Assembly (NCBI GenBank): GCA_028534125.1
Contig: CM052828.1
Location: forward strand, 54,808,001-54,872,000
Reading direction: 5' to 3'
Length of the DNA: 64,000 bases
DNA from: Lama glama
Lineage: Eukaryota
Part shown: positions 13,321-26,114 of the stretch, piece after piece
How positions within the stretch are numbered: the stretch's first letter is position 1
Layout: the number at the start of each line of letters is the position of its first letter
Notes under the pieces: model-generated
What the model saw: only the letters and a program-made list of their open reading frames with translations
What the model was told of the DNA's origin: nothing
Database searches by the model: none
Translations under genes and position numbers: made by a program

Positions 13321-14214
13321 AGAACCAACTACTTGAAGCCTGACTCACTCTCTCAGAACAGAATGAGAGGAAATCTTACTGAATTCCAGGGGAGGATCCT
13401 GCTAATATAAGCTTTGGTTTATGGTTTTAATTTCACTAATGACTTACTGTGAACCTCTGGGGAAAGTCATTTGGTCTTTGCCTCTTTTCCCTTTTGAGAG
13501 ATACCCTAACGACATAACGAGGTAAATTGAAGGACTCAAAAAGATCATGAAAGAGTGCTTTTGAGGGTATAACCACAATATTATTTTAAAGTATTATGTT
13601 ATTTTAATAATAATCATTATTATGCATAGAGTGAAACACCCCAAGTGAGTAAGAAACAGTAAATACATATACTTTATTATATGTTTGGGCAGCATTTATC
13701 CGTATGTATCTAGTGCTATGGTGACTTTATTAAGCATGGCACTCCTTTGGCATGTCCTTTCCTTCTTATTTTAACATGAAGTGCCATGCCAAAAAAACAG
13801 TGAAGCAAATAAAAATCATCTCCATTCTCCAACTTTTTTTTTCCATTCTTTACATTCTCCCTTTAAAGCATATCTTTCTCCCTATTTCTTTCTAAAGTGC
13901 AAAGCTGGACTGGATCTATCTAATATTTTTCTGTTGGTATGGATTTGTCACCATAGATTTTCCGTTTCCAGGGGTATTAATGTTTTAAAGCATATGTCCA
14001 TGGCTCCTATATTATTAATAAAAATTTTAAAATTTCCAGGAGCCAGTATGAATTCACTAAAAATTCATCAGACTAATCTAACCTTATTTACTTTTATGAA
14101 ACTCTTACTGGAGAGGTAGATTGTGAGAATCCCACAAAGGTAATAAATTCCTATTCATGCAAAGATAATATATTCTTATTCAATCAGGGCTCCTGGCAGG
14201 ATTTCTCTCACCCT

Positions 14215-14612
14215 TCCTTGGGACCCGAGAGGGAAATTGATCAGGAATATACCAATCAGTTGGATTGATTCAACACTCAATGACCTTAGCCAAAGTATCT
14301 TGATTAGTGGATTAACAGCCCTAGGACAATGGGAGGTGTGGAGGTGGCTACTGTACTGGTGACAATGATGGAACACAGTCCTCTACTACATTTACCATGT
14401 TTAACACTTTTATCTGTAAATTGGATTAAATACTTGATTATCAAATATATATATGACATACAGATCATGATACAAGGATTGAAAAGTATTTCTAAATTAT
14501 TCCAAAGCCTGAAATATTGGGTTGAAATCAACAAGATAAAGTTTAACAAGTACAAAAATATGAAATCCAACTTTAGGATTCAAAAATCAAATTGTAGGAT
14601 GGGGGGAACCTA
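14215..14612 (+). mobile_element. CR1/L3 LINE reverse-transcriptase relic, part 1
   Basis: ORF 14329..14613 ends LKYWVEINKIKFNKYKNMKSNFRIQKSNCRMG, resembling the CR1 ORF2 motif L.xWA.xN.MKFNK.KCKVLHLG.KN..H.YRMG. Confidence 0.75.
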
Positions 14613-15154
14613 ATCTAAAGATGCTGTAAATTGCTATTATCCATAAAATAGAATCTGTCTAGCTATGTGAACTATATAATTATTGAGAACAGAATGTTAT
14701 ACGACTATATAACTGAAATTTAGAAAGGACAAGTAATCTACCCAAGGCAATATAGTAAGTAAGTGGTAATGGGATGCAGAGCCCAGGTCCCTGAACTCAA
14801 AGCCTGGATTTAACTACTATACACATTGCTTCCCAAGACAGAACCAAAAAATATTCAGTGACATGAAGAGACATCATAGTATATGACAGAGTACAGAGCC
14901 ACATAAATACATATAGGATGAACATGTGAGTTCATGATACACACATACACACATATAATATGTACTTATGTCAATATAAATAGCTCATGGGAAAAGTCTT
15001 TAAGGTTATAAAATTTTAACACTGGATGTTTCTGGGTGATAGAATTATTTGGTGATTTTAAATTATTATTCTTTTCCACCTGAAATTTCTAGTTTTTCAC
15101 AGTCGCTTGTATTGCTTGTATTATTTAAACACATCGTGTGAATAGCTGTGGCAC

Positions 15155-15400
15155 TACCGTGATGAGAATTTCAGCATTTGTCAGCAGTGTGACTCAAGTG
15201 CTGCAATCACTAGAATGGTCCTGATGTGTATTAAGAGAAGGACCATGTTTGAATAGAGGAAAGGAACACTTCCATGTGTTTTGTGGTGATACCCAGAACA
15301 TCCTAAAGTGGGTAGCCAGGATGGTAGGAGGTCTGAAGACCACATTCAGTGAACAAAAGCTAAGGAATTGAGCTCTCTGAGCAGAGCTTACAGAATAAAA
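15155..15400 (+). mobile_element. CR1/L3 relic, part 2 (continuation after MIR and L1M inserts)
   Basis: 'tcagcagtgtgactcaagtgctgc...tgtattaagagaagg' and 'ccaggatggtaggaggtctgaagacc...gctaaggaattg' follow L3 order downstream of part 1. Confidence 0.6.
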
Positions 15401-16053
15401 ACAAAGTGGGGGAAACGAAGTGGAGCCATGTGATCACGGACAGTCAAATGGGAAAGTTTAGAAGCAGGGTTCATTTTTGTTCTTTTTTTTTTTTTAACAC
15501 TATTCTAGGGAGTAGACAGGATGAAGGAACCATTAGTCATTAAATATGGAGGTCCTTCTAGGCACCAGGCGCTTAGAGAACTCACAGATGAGTGGGTTAT
15601 ACATTGTATTATTACAAACAATTATATAATTATACTGTGCAAAGTGTCCTGAAGGACAGCAGATTCTCCAGGGCAGCTTGGCCTGGGTGTCACGGAAAGG
15701 AGGTGACATGTGAGCTGACTTCAGAAGGATGAGCAGGAGTTGGCTTGGCAAGGAAGGGGCTGAGCTGCACAAGAGTGGAAGACGGCTGCAGAGTATGTGC
15801 AGGGCCTGTTGCAGAAATCACGGACATCCTCTCTCACTGCTGCTTAAGGAGCATAGTTTCTGGCGATGCTAGAATCCAAACTGCCTCCCGGCCATGAAAC
15901 ACACCTAAAACCAGCACGTGGTGAGATCCAGAGTGACAGGACGGTCAAGTTACAATGATTCACTGGGGTCAGCTACTTAAGTAGAATCAGGTCCAGGAAA
16001 CCAGGCGGCACTATGGGGAACGGTCTACTTTTGACCCCAAATTGGAGTAACAT

Positions 16054-16604
16054 TGAAGGGCAGTAGAATATGCCACCCCAAAATATGCCACTTCGGTTTA
16101 TTATTTTGAGCTGTAGGCACTTGAAAAACAACAAATGCAAAGAGCATTTTTCGCTGAAGTCCTTTATCTGCTTAAAGACAGATTTTCCGAAAGGAACTCA
16201 ATGGTTATAAAACCCCTCCCCTGGAATTTCACCAACCAGAGAGGACTGATTCTTGTCACAGGAGAGGAGACTAAAAGTCTACACTCCGCCCAGCCAAACT
16301 TTGTCACAAAGTATCACACCCCCAACCTATTCTTCTGAGGACCCATTCATCTTCCCTAAAAATCATTCAGTCTTCCCTAAAAGGCCTACATCCCTTCTCC
16401 CCTTTCCCTGTTAAGATGGTATTTAAGTCTGAGTTCTGATCCACCTCTGGGAGTCACTCACTTCTCCCCGGGTGTCTCCCATGTATATTCGAGGCATACG
16501 TGTTAATAGACTTGACTGTCATTCTCCTGTTAATCAGTCTTTTCTTACAGGGGTCTCAGCTAAGAACTCAGAAGGGCAGAGGAAAAGAATTTGCCTCTCA
16601 TACA
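16054..16604 (+). mobile_element. Solo ERV1 LTR, MER34-like
   Basis: TG...CA ends. 5' 'tgaagggcagtagaatatgccaccccaaaatatgcc...ttattttgagctg' and 3' 'gggtctcagctaagaactcagaagggcagagg...cctctcataca' match my recollection of the MER34 group. Confidence 0.8.
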
Positions 16605-17439
16605 GGATCCTGTGATTGCTTCTCATGGACAGGGAATTTGTTATCAACATGCAGCAAAGGGAATTCAGCTATAAAATATAAACAGTGATGGTCTTCTGAA
16701 GGCCAATCTGTATCTATTTAAAAATACAAAACAGCCTAGTGACTAAAAAAGGACAGGTTACAGTGATACCTCGAAGAATGCCTGTGACCCTAAGTAATCT
16801 TTACCGGGTAATAAAATGCAATCTGATAGGAGCATCTCATGAATATGTGTGAGTGGGCAGGAAATTCACAGATAAGCTTTGATGTGGGCAAGTGCAAAAT
16901 TATACATTTATGCAAAATAATTCAAAAGCCCCTTGTAGAAAGATGAGTTCCAGGAAATCACTTACAGCTTAGAAAAGGATCTAAAAGTCAGATATTTCCT
17001 AAAAATGTGTTACTATAGTCAAAATAGCATATCAAATGCTGAGTGATCCCAGTTTTTGACAACTGTGATGTATGTTCATAACCCATCCTTAAGGCACGGA
17101 TGTCTTGAAAGATGGGCAACCCTGGGAGATGGTACAGAATGTAGCATGAGGGAAACTGAGTCTCACAGGTTGGAAGCAAAGAAAAAAAAAAAACAGGCCC
17201 AGTGAGAGAAGTAAAGGGAAAAGGAAGCATTTTCCCTTCATCCCTCCGTGCAGAATGTGAATTAAGGAAGACAATTAACAACCACAGGAAGGAAACAATG
17301 CAAAGATTAAATAGAAATAGCAAATTATGAACAAGATCATCTAAAGGTAGCAAGCCTGAGCATAAAGAAAGTGACAAAGGTAATCAAGAAAGATCTAACA
17401 CCAGATAATGCTAAAGACAGTTTATTCTAGAAAATTTGT

Positions 17440-17601
17440 TTCCAAAATCTGGTCTCTTCACGATGCAGCAGCATCTGGGAACTTGTTAGAAATGTAAAAG
17501 TCCCTCGACCTACTGAATTAGTAACTCTGGGGGCCCAATAATCTGTGATTTAATAAACCCTCCAGGTGATTCTGAGGCACACTCAAATTTGGGAACCACT
17601 A
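17440..17601. mobile_element. MER5A hAT-Charlie MITE
   Basis: 'gcagcatctgggaacttgttagaaatg...cctactgaat...ccctccaggtgattctga...aaatttgggaaccact'. Confidence 0.85.
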
Positions 17602-19492
17602 CTCAGGAAGCTAACAGCCATAAAGATACCATGAAACTTAAGGAGAGGCCCTCTACCCACCAAGTCAGGGTAGTTACCTGGGAAGTTGGGTTTGTAGGTG
17701 GCCTCAGAGGTCAAATTTTCATTCCACAAAGATAATACAGAATGCATATCTCTACAGAAACAGTTTTATTTTTTTCTTTTTATGAACAGAAATTTCAAAG
17801 CCAGGAAAATGAGAGTTGATTTTTCTAGGAGTAAAGTTAAAAACCCTGAACATGTTTGATTCCTTAGTTTTTCCTAAATATAGCACATTATGAACCCATG
17901 GGTTTAGGTTAAAGTAGGATAAATTCTAAGTACCCCATGGGAAATGTTGGTGCAATAAACCTATAAAGTATTTTAAAAATAGTACTTCCACTAATCATCA
18001 GTCCCATAGAAGTAATAGACTGTACTTTCCTCCCTCACAGTGAATACTAAGTGANNNNNNNNNNNNNNNNNNNNNNNNNNNNNNNNNNNNNNNNNNNNNN
18101 NNNNNNNNNNNNNNNNNNNNNNNNNNNNNNNNNNNNNNNNNNNNNNNNNNNNNNNNNNNNNNNNNNNNNNNNNNNNNNNNNNNNNNNTTTTCAGATACAA
18201 ACCTGAGAAGAGAATGGAGACAAGAATGAATACGGAATATGGAACATTAAAAACACACGCTTGAGAAAATACTCATTAGCAATGAGTTTATACCACATTC
18301 ACCAAAGCCCTATGTGACAGCATGCAGCAGAAGATTTAAGCTGTCAGCAGTCCTTTTCATCTGAACCCAAAGTCTTCCCCCAAATGCTACCAGAAGCAAC
18401 CACAAAAATTCACTTCTCCAAAGGGCTTAAAGAAAAAAGCTATAGGCATTACAGAAATTATCCTCTGAGCCCACATGGTGCAAGACAGATTCATCTCTCT
18501 GCACTCCTAGCCCGGGGAAGAAATTCTGACATCTCTCATTTTCAATCAGCTCTGTTTCTCTATATCATATAGTTAACTTACACTGCTGTCTTGGTAAATT
18601 GCAGAACTTATTGGGAAAGAAAGTCCTCTTGGAATGTGGCAAAAATCATGCTGGTCTTTATACAGAACACACGAAGGGAGCGATCAGCCAGTTGACAAGC
18701 ATATACTGACAACAATCGAGGTATTCAGGCATAAAATAATGATGTAGGTATTTACAGGAAGATAGGTAGGAATAACACAGTCTACACTGAAGTACGGAGA
18801 GGTGTGAGATCCAGCCAAACTTCGTAAGCAAGTTTTCTGTACATAAATGCTCAGTCGCCACTGCGTCCCTCTCATCACCTGAAACTCAAGGTCATTCCAA
18901 CCTAACTTGCTTCAGGGAGCAAGGATTCTCCTCTTATTAGAGTGGAAGCATCTGCATCAGCACCACCTTGTCCTTCCTCAAATGGGCCTGTATCCCTGTG
19001 TTCTCCATCCTTCCACTTCTCATCACTAACTGCCACTGGGGTTCTACTTCTGTCTCATTCTTCCCTTCCACCCCCTTCTTCCTTCCCCCGTCTCTGCCAA
19101 CTCTCGCCTCAAGAAGACCATTCCTCCTTTCGCTTCTCAGTCTCTCGTTATAATTCTTCAATATGTGCTCAAGACACCCACGATTTTAGTAAAATTTTGT
19201 AAAAGTACAGTCATAAATATAATAAAATTATACCCAATTAAAAAATCTGAGAGTGCTACTGAAAGTTCCCAGAACTCCTCTTGAAAAACAAACAAAAAAA
19301 AACCCCAAAAATGTCCCATCTCCTTCTTCATCTTTCTCTAATAAGATCTGCTTTTTTTCCTCTCAAAAATGTATTCAAATTTTACTTTTTACACAATTCT
19401 ACTATGTCTATTTTGCTTAAAATTATATTTTAAATAGTGTTTCATTGGAAATCTTCAGAGTATTTCAGCTGTTTTAAAAAGGTTTTGATGCA

Positions 19493-19987
19493 TATATTAG
19501 TTATGGGTAACAAATTACTAGAAAATTTAGTGGCTTAAAACAACAAACATTCAGTATCTGACAATTTCTGTGGGTCAGGAGTCTAGGAATGGCTTAGCTG
19601 GGTGGTCTGGCTCAGGGTCCTCATGAGGTTATCAAAAAGGACTGTGTCTTTTCACGGCTTGACAAGAACTAGAAGTCCCACTTCCAAGATGGCACACTCA
19701 GAGGCTGTTGGCAGGAAGCCTCCATTCCTCACCACGTGAGCCTGTCCATAGGCCGCCTGAGTGTCCACAGGCAGCTGGCTTCCCTCAGTGCAAGTAATCC
19801 AGGAGAAAATGAGCTGCATTGCCTTTTATAACTGAGTCTCTGAAGTCACAGTCACTTCTGCTTTTTTTTTTTTCTATCCCTTAGAAGTTAAGTCACTAAA
19901 TCCAGCTCACACTAAAGGGAAGGGGCTTAGGTTCCACCATTTGAAGGAAGCATCAAAGAATTTTTGGACATATTTCAAACCACTACA
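19493..19987 (-). mobile_element. MaLR solo LTR (MLT1G-like)
   Basis: 'taacaaattactagaaaatttagtggcttaaaacaacaaac...ttctgtgggtcaggagtc...gcttagctgggtggtctggctcagggtc' through 'aaagaatttttggacatatttcaaaccactaca'. Confidence 0.85.
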
Positions 19988-20235
19988 GTGGGCAAGGCTT
20001 GAATCCAAGTCCCACTTATCCATGGGGGAAATATGTGCTGGAATCCACCTGCAAGCTTATGTTTAAAACACAGCTTTTTTGTGAGGGGGAAACACCTCAT
20101 ATTGTGTGAATATGGTGAGGATGTTGCCAAATATTATAATGTGTTATTGAGACTTTTAAACTTAATAAAGCTACACATTAATAGTTTTTGCCCTTATAAA
20201 ATACTCAAAAGGATCAGAATATCTGTATCTATATA

Positions 20236-20452
20236 CAGTTGACCCTTGAAGAACACAGGTTTCAACTGCACAGTTCCATTTAAACAGGCATTTTCTTCAA
20301 CAGTAAACACTACTGCACTGTGGTTGGCTGAGTGCATCGATGCAGAATCTGGACTATGGAGGAACCTGGGGCCAACTAGAAGGTACACCCTGGTTTTCAA
20401 CTGTAGGGAGGGTCACCACGTCTAACCCCTGTGTTGTTCAAGGGTCAAACTG
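20236..20452. mobile_element. Tigger2-type Tc1/mariner MITE with both TIRs and TA target duplication
   Basis: Left TA|CAGTTGACCCTTGAAGAACAC; right GTGTTGTTCAAGGGTCAAACTG|TA. Confidence 0.88.
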
Positions 20453-21079
20453 TATACACACATATCCAATACTTTAATCCAGTAATTTAATTTGCAAATT
20501 TAAATAACTATGGAATACCAATAGGATTCTACAGAAAATTACAGGATTAGATGATTTACAGATGAAAACATGGGGAAATTTTAACTACTAAGGAAACAAG
20601 TTGTTATAATAGCTCAGAAACATTATCTACATTTCCTCATAATTAGGACAAATCCATCATTAGTTGTCAGTGATCATATAATCTAGGTCTTCTTTTAAGA
20701 TATAGTTAAGTAAAAGAACATGCATCTTTAGGAGATAAAAGTTTTCCTCTCAAAACATTCTCTCTTATAATTGATTGCTCTAATCCCCACCTCCTTCCCA
20801 CTACCTTTCTCTGTCTCTCCTGTCCTGGAAGAAAGGTGTCCTGAACCAGAAGAGTTTAGATTTACTTTCTTCCTCCTCCACATGAAAGTATGGTCCAAAT
20901 TCTAAAGTGTCTTGCCTAAAACAGTTGTAGTTCAATGTCCAGCTCACAAGGAATCAAAAAACATTATATCTAAAAAGAAAAGCAGTATACCTGGTATATT
21001 TAACTCATATGAAAAAATATCACACAGCCCATGAAAGCAAGAGCAATAATACACTTAGGTTGCTAGTGAACTTCTTCCT

Positions 21080-21260
21080 TTTCTGTCTTTCTGTGTATTC
21101 TCTCTCAAGCTCTTTTGCTGGCTCTCCTTCACAATCCAGGTGTTCACTATGGGTGTTATTTAGGGTTCTACGTATAGCCCCCCTTCTCTTCTCATCTAAA
21201 GTGCTTTCCTTAGTGGTCTTGTCAATTCCCAAGGCTTCAAAAACCATCTGAATGCCAGGA
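21080..21260 (+). mobile_element. LINE-2 fragment
   Basis: 'ccccttctcttctcatctaaagtgctttccttagtggtcttgtcaattcccaaggcttcaaaaaccatctg' resembles a conserved L2 segment. Confidence 0.6.
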
Positions 21261-21290
21261 CCATTCCCAATGCTGAACCCTCAGCCTAGG

Positions 21291-21396
21291 AATCAACCAA
21301 CCATGGATCCGGTAGTACTTCAGTATTCACTATTTAAAAAATCTGAATATAAGTGGACCCACACTGTTCAAACCCACGTTATTCAAGGGTCAACTG
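21291..21396. mobile_element. Second, partial Tigger2-type MITE (one TIR)
   Basis: Ends 'aagtggacccacactgttcaaacccacgttattcaagggtcaactg', the approximate reverse complement of the left arm at 20236. Confidence 0.8.
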
Positions 21397-24300
21397 GATA
21401 CACCACTGGCTGGAAGTTGAGAGTTTCAATACAGTGGAAATGCATGCTTAAAGCCAGTTTAAAAGCCCCCTCTCATGTGAGATAGAATGTATGAAGTCCC
21501 ACTACCTGAATTAACACAATTTGCACTTCCTCCCAAATTTAGACAAACCTGAGTGTTCTACAGAAGGAACAAAATTTTAAGTAGCTCTACTCTCTGATGT
21601 TACAAAAGTATTATTATTGATAGCAGATCTTCCACTGTCATTTATGTCTTCAGCATCTGAACACTTTGTACAACACACTTTAAATAAAATGTATGTGAAT
21701 ATATTTATAACTCTTCCTTAAAATTAATTTTTATAAAAAATCACAAAAAATGTTCATACTAATTCAACAAAATGCAATAATAAATTATCTTACGATTAAT
21801 TCCCTAGAGTTAGATATCGTTAGGCATAAATTAAATATACCAGCAATTACATGCCAAAGAATTGTATGAGCAGAGATATCAGAAGTGAAAGATTTTTCAC
21901 CAACAGCAACCAAACCGTTTCTATTTTGATAGAATATGTCACATCAGGAAGATCTTCTTTCTAATGGACAAAACTCGAACTTTATACAAAGGAAAATTAG
22001 AGAGTTGTTTGTCTTTGCAAATAATTTAATTTTTAAAACCTTTGGTTTCTTCTAATAGTGATTTCTCATAAACAGTTGAAATATGAATCATCAACAAAAA
22101 TATATTCACTGATGTATGTTTCATGTATACACATCAATTATATGAACAATTATATGAAACAATCTCTCCACCATGACTGTCTATGATCTTCACTGAGGCT
22201 TATTTTCAATTAGCTTTTGATACTTAGGTAGACATTGACACCACCATAATTGGAAGGATTTTCCAACATCAGGGGGATAACCTGGTAAACTTACAGGATT
22301 TCCTTACTTCCAGAATTTTAACCATATCCTTTTTTGTTGCAAGGCCAGACTATACATAGTCTGATGCTATCAAAGGCCCCAGGGGTGCAGTGGAGAGAAT
22401 GCATGAGCTCCCAGGGCCCAGTCCAGCTTCCGATTTGAGCATCTGCATGTTAATATGCTGTGTATGTGTGCGTGTTCTTACTGCTCTACTTGAAAACACA
22501 GGTGTATTTTGGTTCATGTTTGTTTTTACTTCCATAACACAAAACCATTCTCTTCGTAGGCCACAAAAATACATTTACTTACACAAATTGGAACTCCTTA
22601 ATGAAGGCATGGAAAAGAAGGACTCAGATGACAAAATTTCCTCTTTCAAATGTTGTAAATGCTTGAGGTACAACTCTACAATGAATACCAGTTAAACTCA
22701 TTAGTCAATGCAGATAAGATTTATAACCACCTAATATATGGCAGCCATAATGCAAAACTGTGCTCTCACATGCAGCAGAAGAGCATATAAACTATTATTG
22801 CACCTTAATGCTCCTCTCCATATTCTCATCATTTTTAAGACTTCGAGTTCTTTCCACATTTTGATCATTTCAAAATACCATGGAATTCTGCATTCCTATA
22901 CATCTTGCTGTTTTCACTTTTACATTCTTTCTAATGCCAGCTAAAAGGCAGCTCTTCCACTACTCAGATTCCCTAAGGCAAAAAGATATGATGAATTGTG
23001 AAGTTAGTGACATGCCTCTGAAAATGCAGTGGTTTAGTTAAAGTTACAAATGACTGTTCCTAATAATGTTTCATTTTTAGCCCTTCACACCTCAGTGAAA
23101 TTCTCCTCTTATATTACACTTTTGAATTAGAGAGAGTAAAAAAAGAAAAAAAATCCTCTCCCTTTATGGGTTAACTTGCTGAAATTCTAAACAGAATTCC
23201 ACTGGGAAACTGCTGTAGCTGTTTAAAACAGAAATTAACCAAAATTAACTTTATGTTAAAAAATAAGCAGTCTTCAGGGAGAATAATTAACTTTTCCACA
23301 TTTATAATTTTTCTGGTCCCTAAAATACAATGAAAGAACATGTTATAGTATATAAAATACTATAGATGTCTTTTAAAACAAAGCTGAAGAGCTATAAAGA
23401 TTAGAAACAGCTATAAAACTTTCAAATAATGGATCGATTATCCATTTGCACCTTCAGCCATCCTAGCTTCACTTTTACTCAGCTATAATTAACACCACAT
23501 ACAGTAAAATCTTAACAAAAAACGAAAGGGTGCACTGTGTGTAAAAACCTGCTTTGAAGGGGGATCAGGATCATGTCTTTTGTCAGCTCATGACAAGTTT
23601 AAAAACGAGGCGCATCGTGTTCTTCAGATCAAATTTACAAACTACACGTGAATACAATTACCAGAGGACTTTATTAGGAACATTCTACGGATTTGAAAAC
23701 TAACCTGTAAAATAATTAAACTACTTGACCCAAAATATACATTGCTTGTAATTCTCCAGAGCAAATAAACCCACGCATTTTAGCTTAGATGGAAGTATCT
23801 CAGGTCAAAATATTTAATGCACAGAGATGGAGCAGGTTAAAAAGGAATGATAGAGCTTGTCCACATCCTTTACAAATTAGGAAGACAATTTTAAGACAAA
23901 ATGACATTCCATGCAGTGCTAGTTATTTAGTGCACTTATTACCTCAAGAAGTAGTACAAGATGAAAATGTAAGTGCTCACTGCAAGTTTATATAAATTGT
24001 AGGTAATATAAGCATAGTAAGTTGAGGAAAAGTGGAGACGGTAAGAGTCCAATCATCTTTGGAAGTCGATGTCAAGGAGGAAGATGACCATGCCCCCTAG
24101 CTAAGCATCCACACCTGTCTGAGAAGATTCCTGAGATGAACTCTGTTCTCCCTTGAAACACTATTCTTCATGTTCTCATGTCCTAGCCAAACCAGTTCCC
24201 ACTGTATACTCTGCTTTAAATGTCGCACAGTACACACACACGCACACACACACACACAAAATTACACCATCATCAGATACATTCATTCTGTTAGTGCACA

Positions 24301-24879
24301 GAGCCTGTCTGTTGAGTAAGTGATGCAGAAAATAGGCCATGAACACCAGGAGGTAACTTACAGTCTCCGCACCTAGGGCATAAGCTGCAAAGCAAAGGGC
24401 ATAGCGGACTGCTGCTTCATTTGAAGGTAATTCTAAAACATATCCTATTGTATCAAATTATATCATTGCCTGATTTATAGAATTTATGATGAAAAACAAA
24501 GAGGGCAAGCTAAGATACCTATGCCAAACTTATGGAACAAACAATATCTGTGTCTTAATAAAAAATTAAGGAGTGCACTATAAAACACTGCACTATTAAC
24601 GGACGTGCTCTTTTCAGGGCACCCCATTTCAAGACAGACCGTCAAATCAGAGCAGTTCCAAGTAAAACACAAATGTCCTCATTCACAGTGTGTCAGATGC
24701 CCAACACTCTCATCTTGCAATTACTCGTGGTCCAGGAGGAGCATTAGCTTAAACATGAGGGGTTTCTTATATTTGTCTAATAACAGTCCAAGTGTTAGTG
24801 TCCAGGGCTGATACGGCGGCACACTGGCGTCTGGAACCCAGACTCCCTCAGGCTTGTCTCTTGAATGCATGTCCTCTTC

Positions 24880-25260
24880 TCCATTCTTCTCTTATTTGGC
24901 TTATTGTCATAGCCTTCATTCCAGTGTCACTGCTTCTGGAAGCTTCCTCACTACTTCCAGAAACTGATCTGATCTGATGTTTCCAGAAGATTCTAAGTTC
25001 ATTATCACCAGAGTCAAGGCCCTTCAAATTGAGGCCTGAGTTTACCATTTCATCTCCATTTCTGGCCACTCCCTCACACTGTCACCATTTTCCAAGCACT
25101 TCACAGACTTTTGTTCCTTCCTGATTTTTGCTGGAGTGGAACTTCCCTTTTCACCTCTATTCTGTCCTTTTTCTGCCTCGTCATTCTTCAAGGCCCATGT
25201 TAAATGTTATCTCATTTGCTAAAAAGTGTTATCTCCTGTGTGAGCTCTTCTAACTTCTGC
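24880..25260 (+). mobile_element. LINE-2 fragment
   Basis: 'tcattcttcaaggcccatgttaaatgttatctc' with a pyrimidine-rich L2 body. Confidence 0.55.
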
Positions 25261-25588
25261 CCAACAAACTGTATTCAGTAAATATTTAATGAGCATAAAA
25301 CAAGGTAAGGATTAGAGATACTGAGATAAATAAGAATGCTTCTGCCCAAAGCGGTAAAATATTTAGCAGATGAAATGGAAACTTTACTCATTCTAATAAA
25401 ACATTATCAAAAGGACAATTGCAATATAAACAGAATGATACAGGGGCACTTGGCTGCAGGCCCAAATCAATGGTTCTATCTCCATGTACACTACTACTGT
25501 CTTAACTCAGTCCTTGTATGTTCAATAAGCATGTTTACCTCTCTTCCTTGCCACACTAAGAGTTTGTTGACAACAGAAACCATGCAAC

Positions 25589-26114
25589 TATTGGGGCCTA
25601 GGGCAAGCCACCCTAAAATATGCCTCAATGGAACATTGATTTTTTTTTTAATTAAAGTTACTTAAGAAATGACCAGTGCAAGAGGGACACTTTGACCCTT
25701 CTCTCTCTCTTATGAAGGCAGGAAATAAAGCTCCCATGTGAAAGCTGCATCCCTGCATCTGGAGGTAGAAGGACACCCTCATCTCCAGAGACAGGGAACT
25801 CGGGGCCTGAGAAGCCTATGAAAACAAACCTTGTTACTTCTTCACTAATTTGCTACCCAAACTTCGCTTAAACTCCTTACTAATTAAGCACCCAGCCTAG
25901 GTTTCTTTTTCCTGTCAATTCCTCTCAAATTTATTGTTTCTTAGTCTAAAAAAATAATAGTTGCCTGCTTTAGCCACTTCCTAGGTCCCATTTCTAAGAG
26001 ACCCCCATGCTAACTAATTAAACTGTTTCTTTTTCTCCCGTTAATCTGTCTTGTGTCAGTTTCAGCCACAAGAACTCAAGAGGAATAGATGGGGAAATTG
26101 CCCCCTCTCCAGCA
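25589..26114 (+). mobile_element. Solo ERV1 LTR, MER39/MER34-like
   Basis: 'gccaccctaaaatatgcctc' near the 5' end and 'ttttctcccgttaatctgtc...aagaactcaagagg...ccccctctccagca' at the 3' end. Flanks CAAC/CCAC are a possible 4-bp TSD with one mismatch. Confidence 0.75.
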
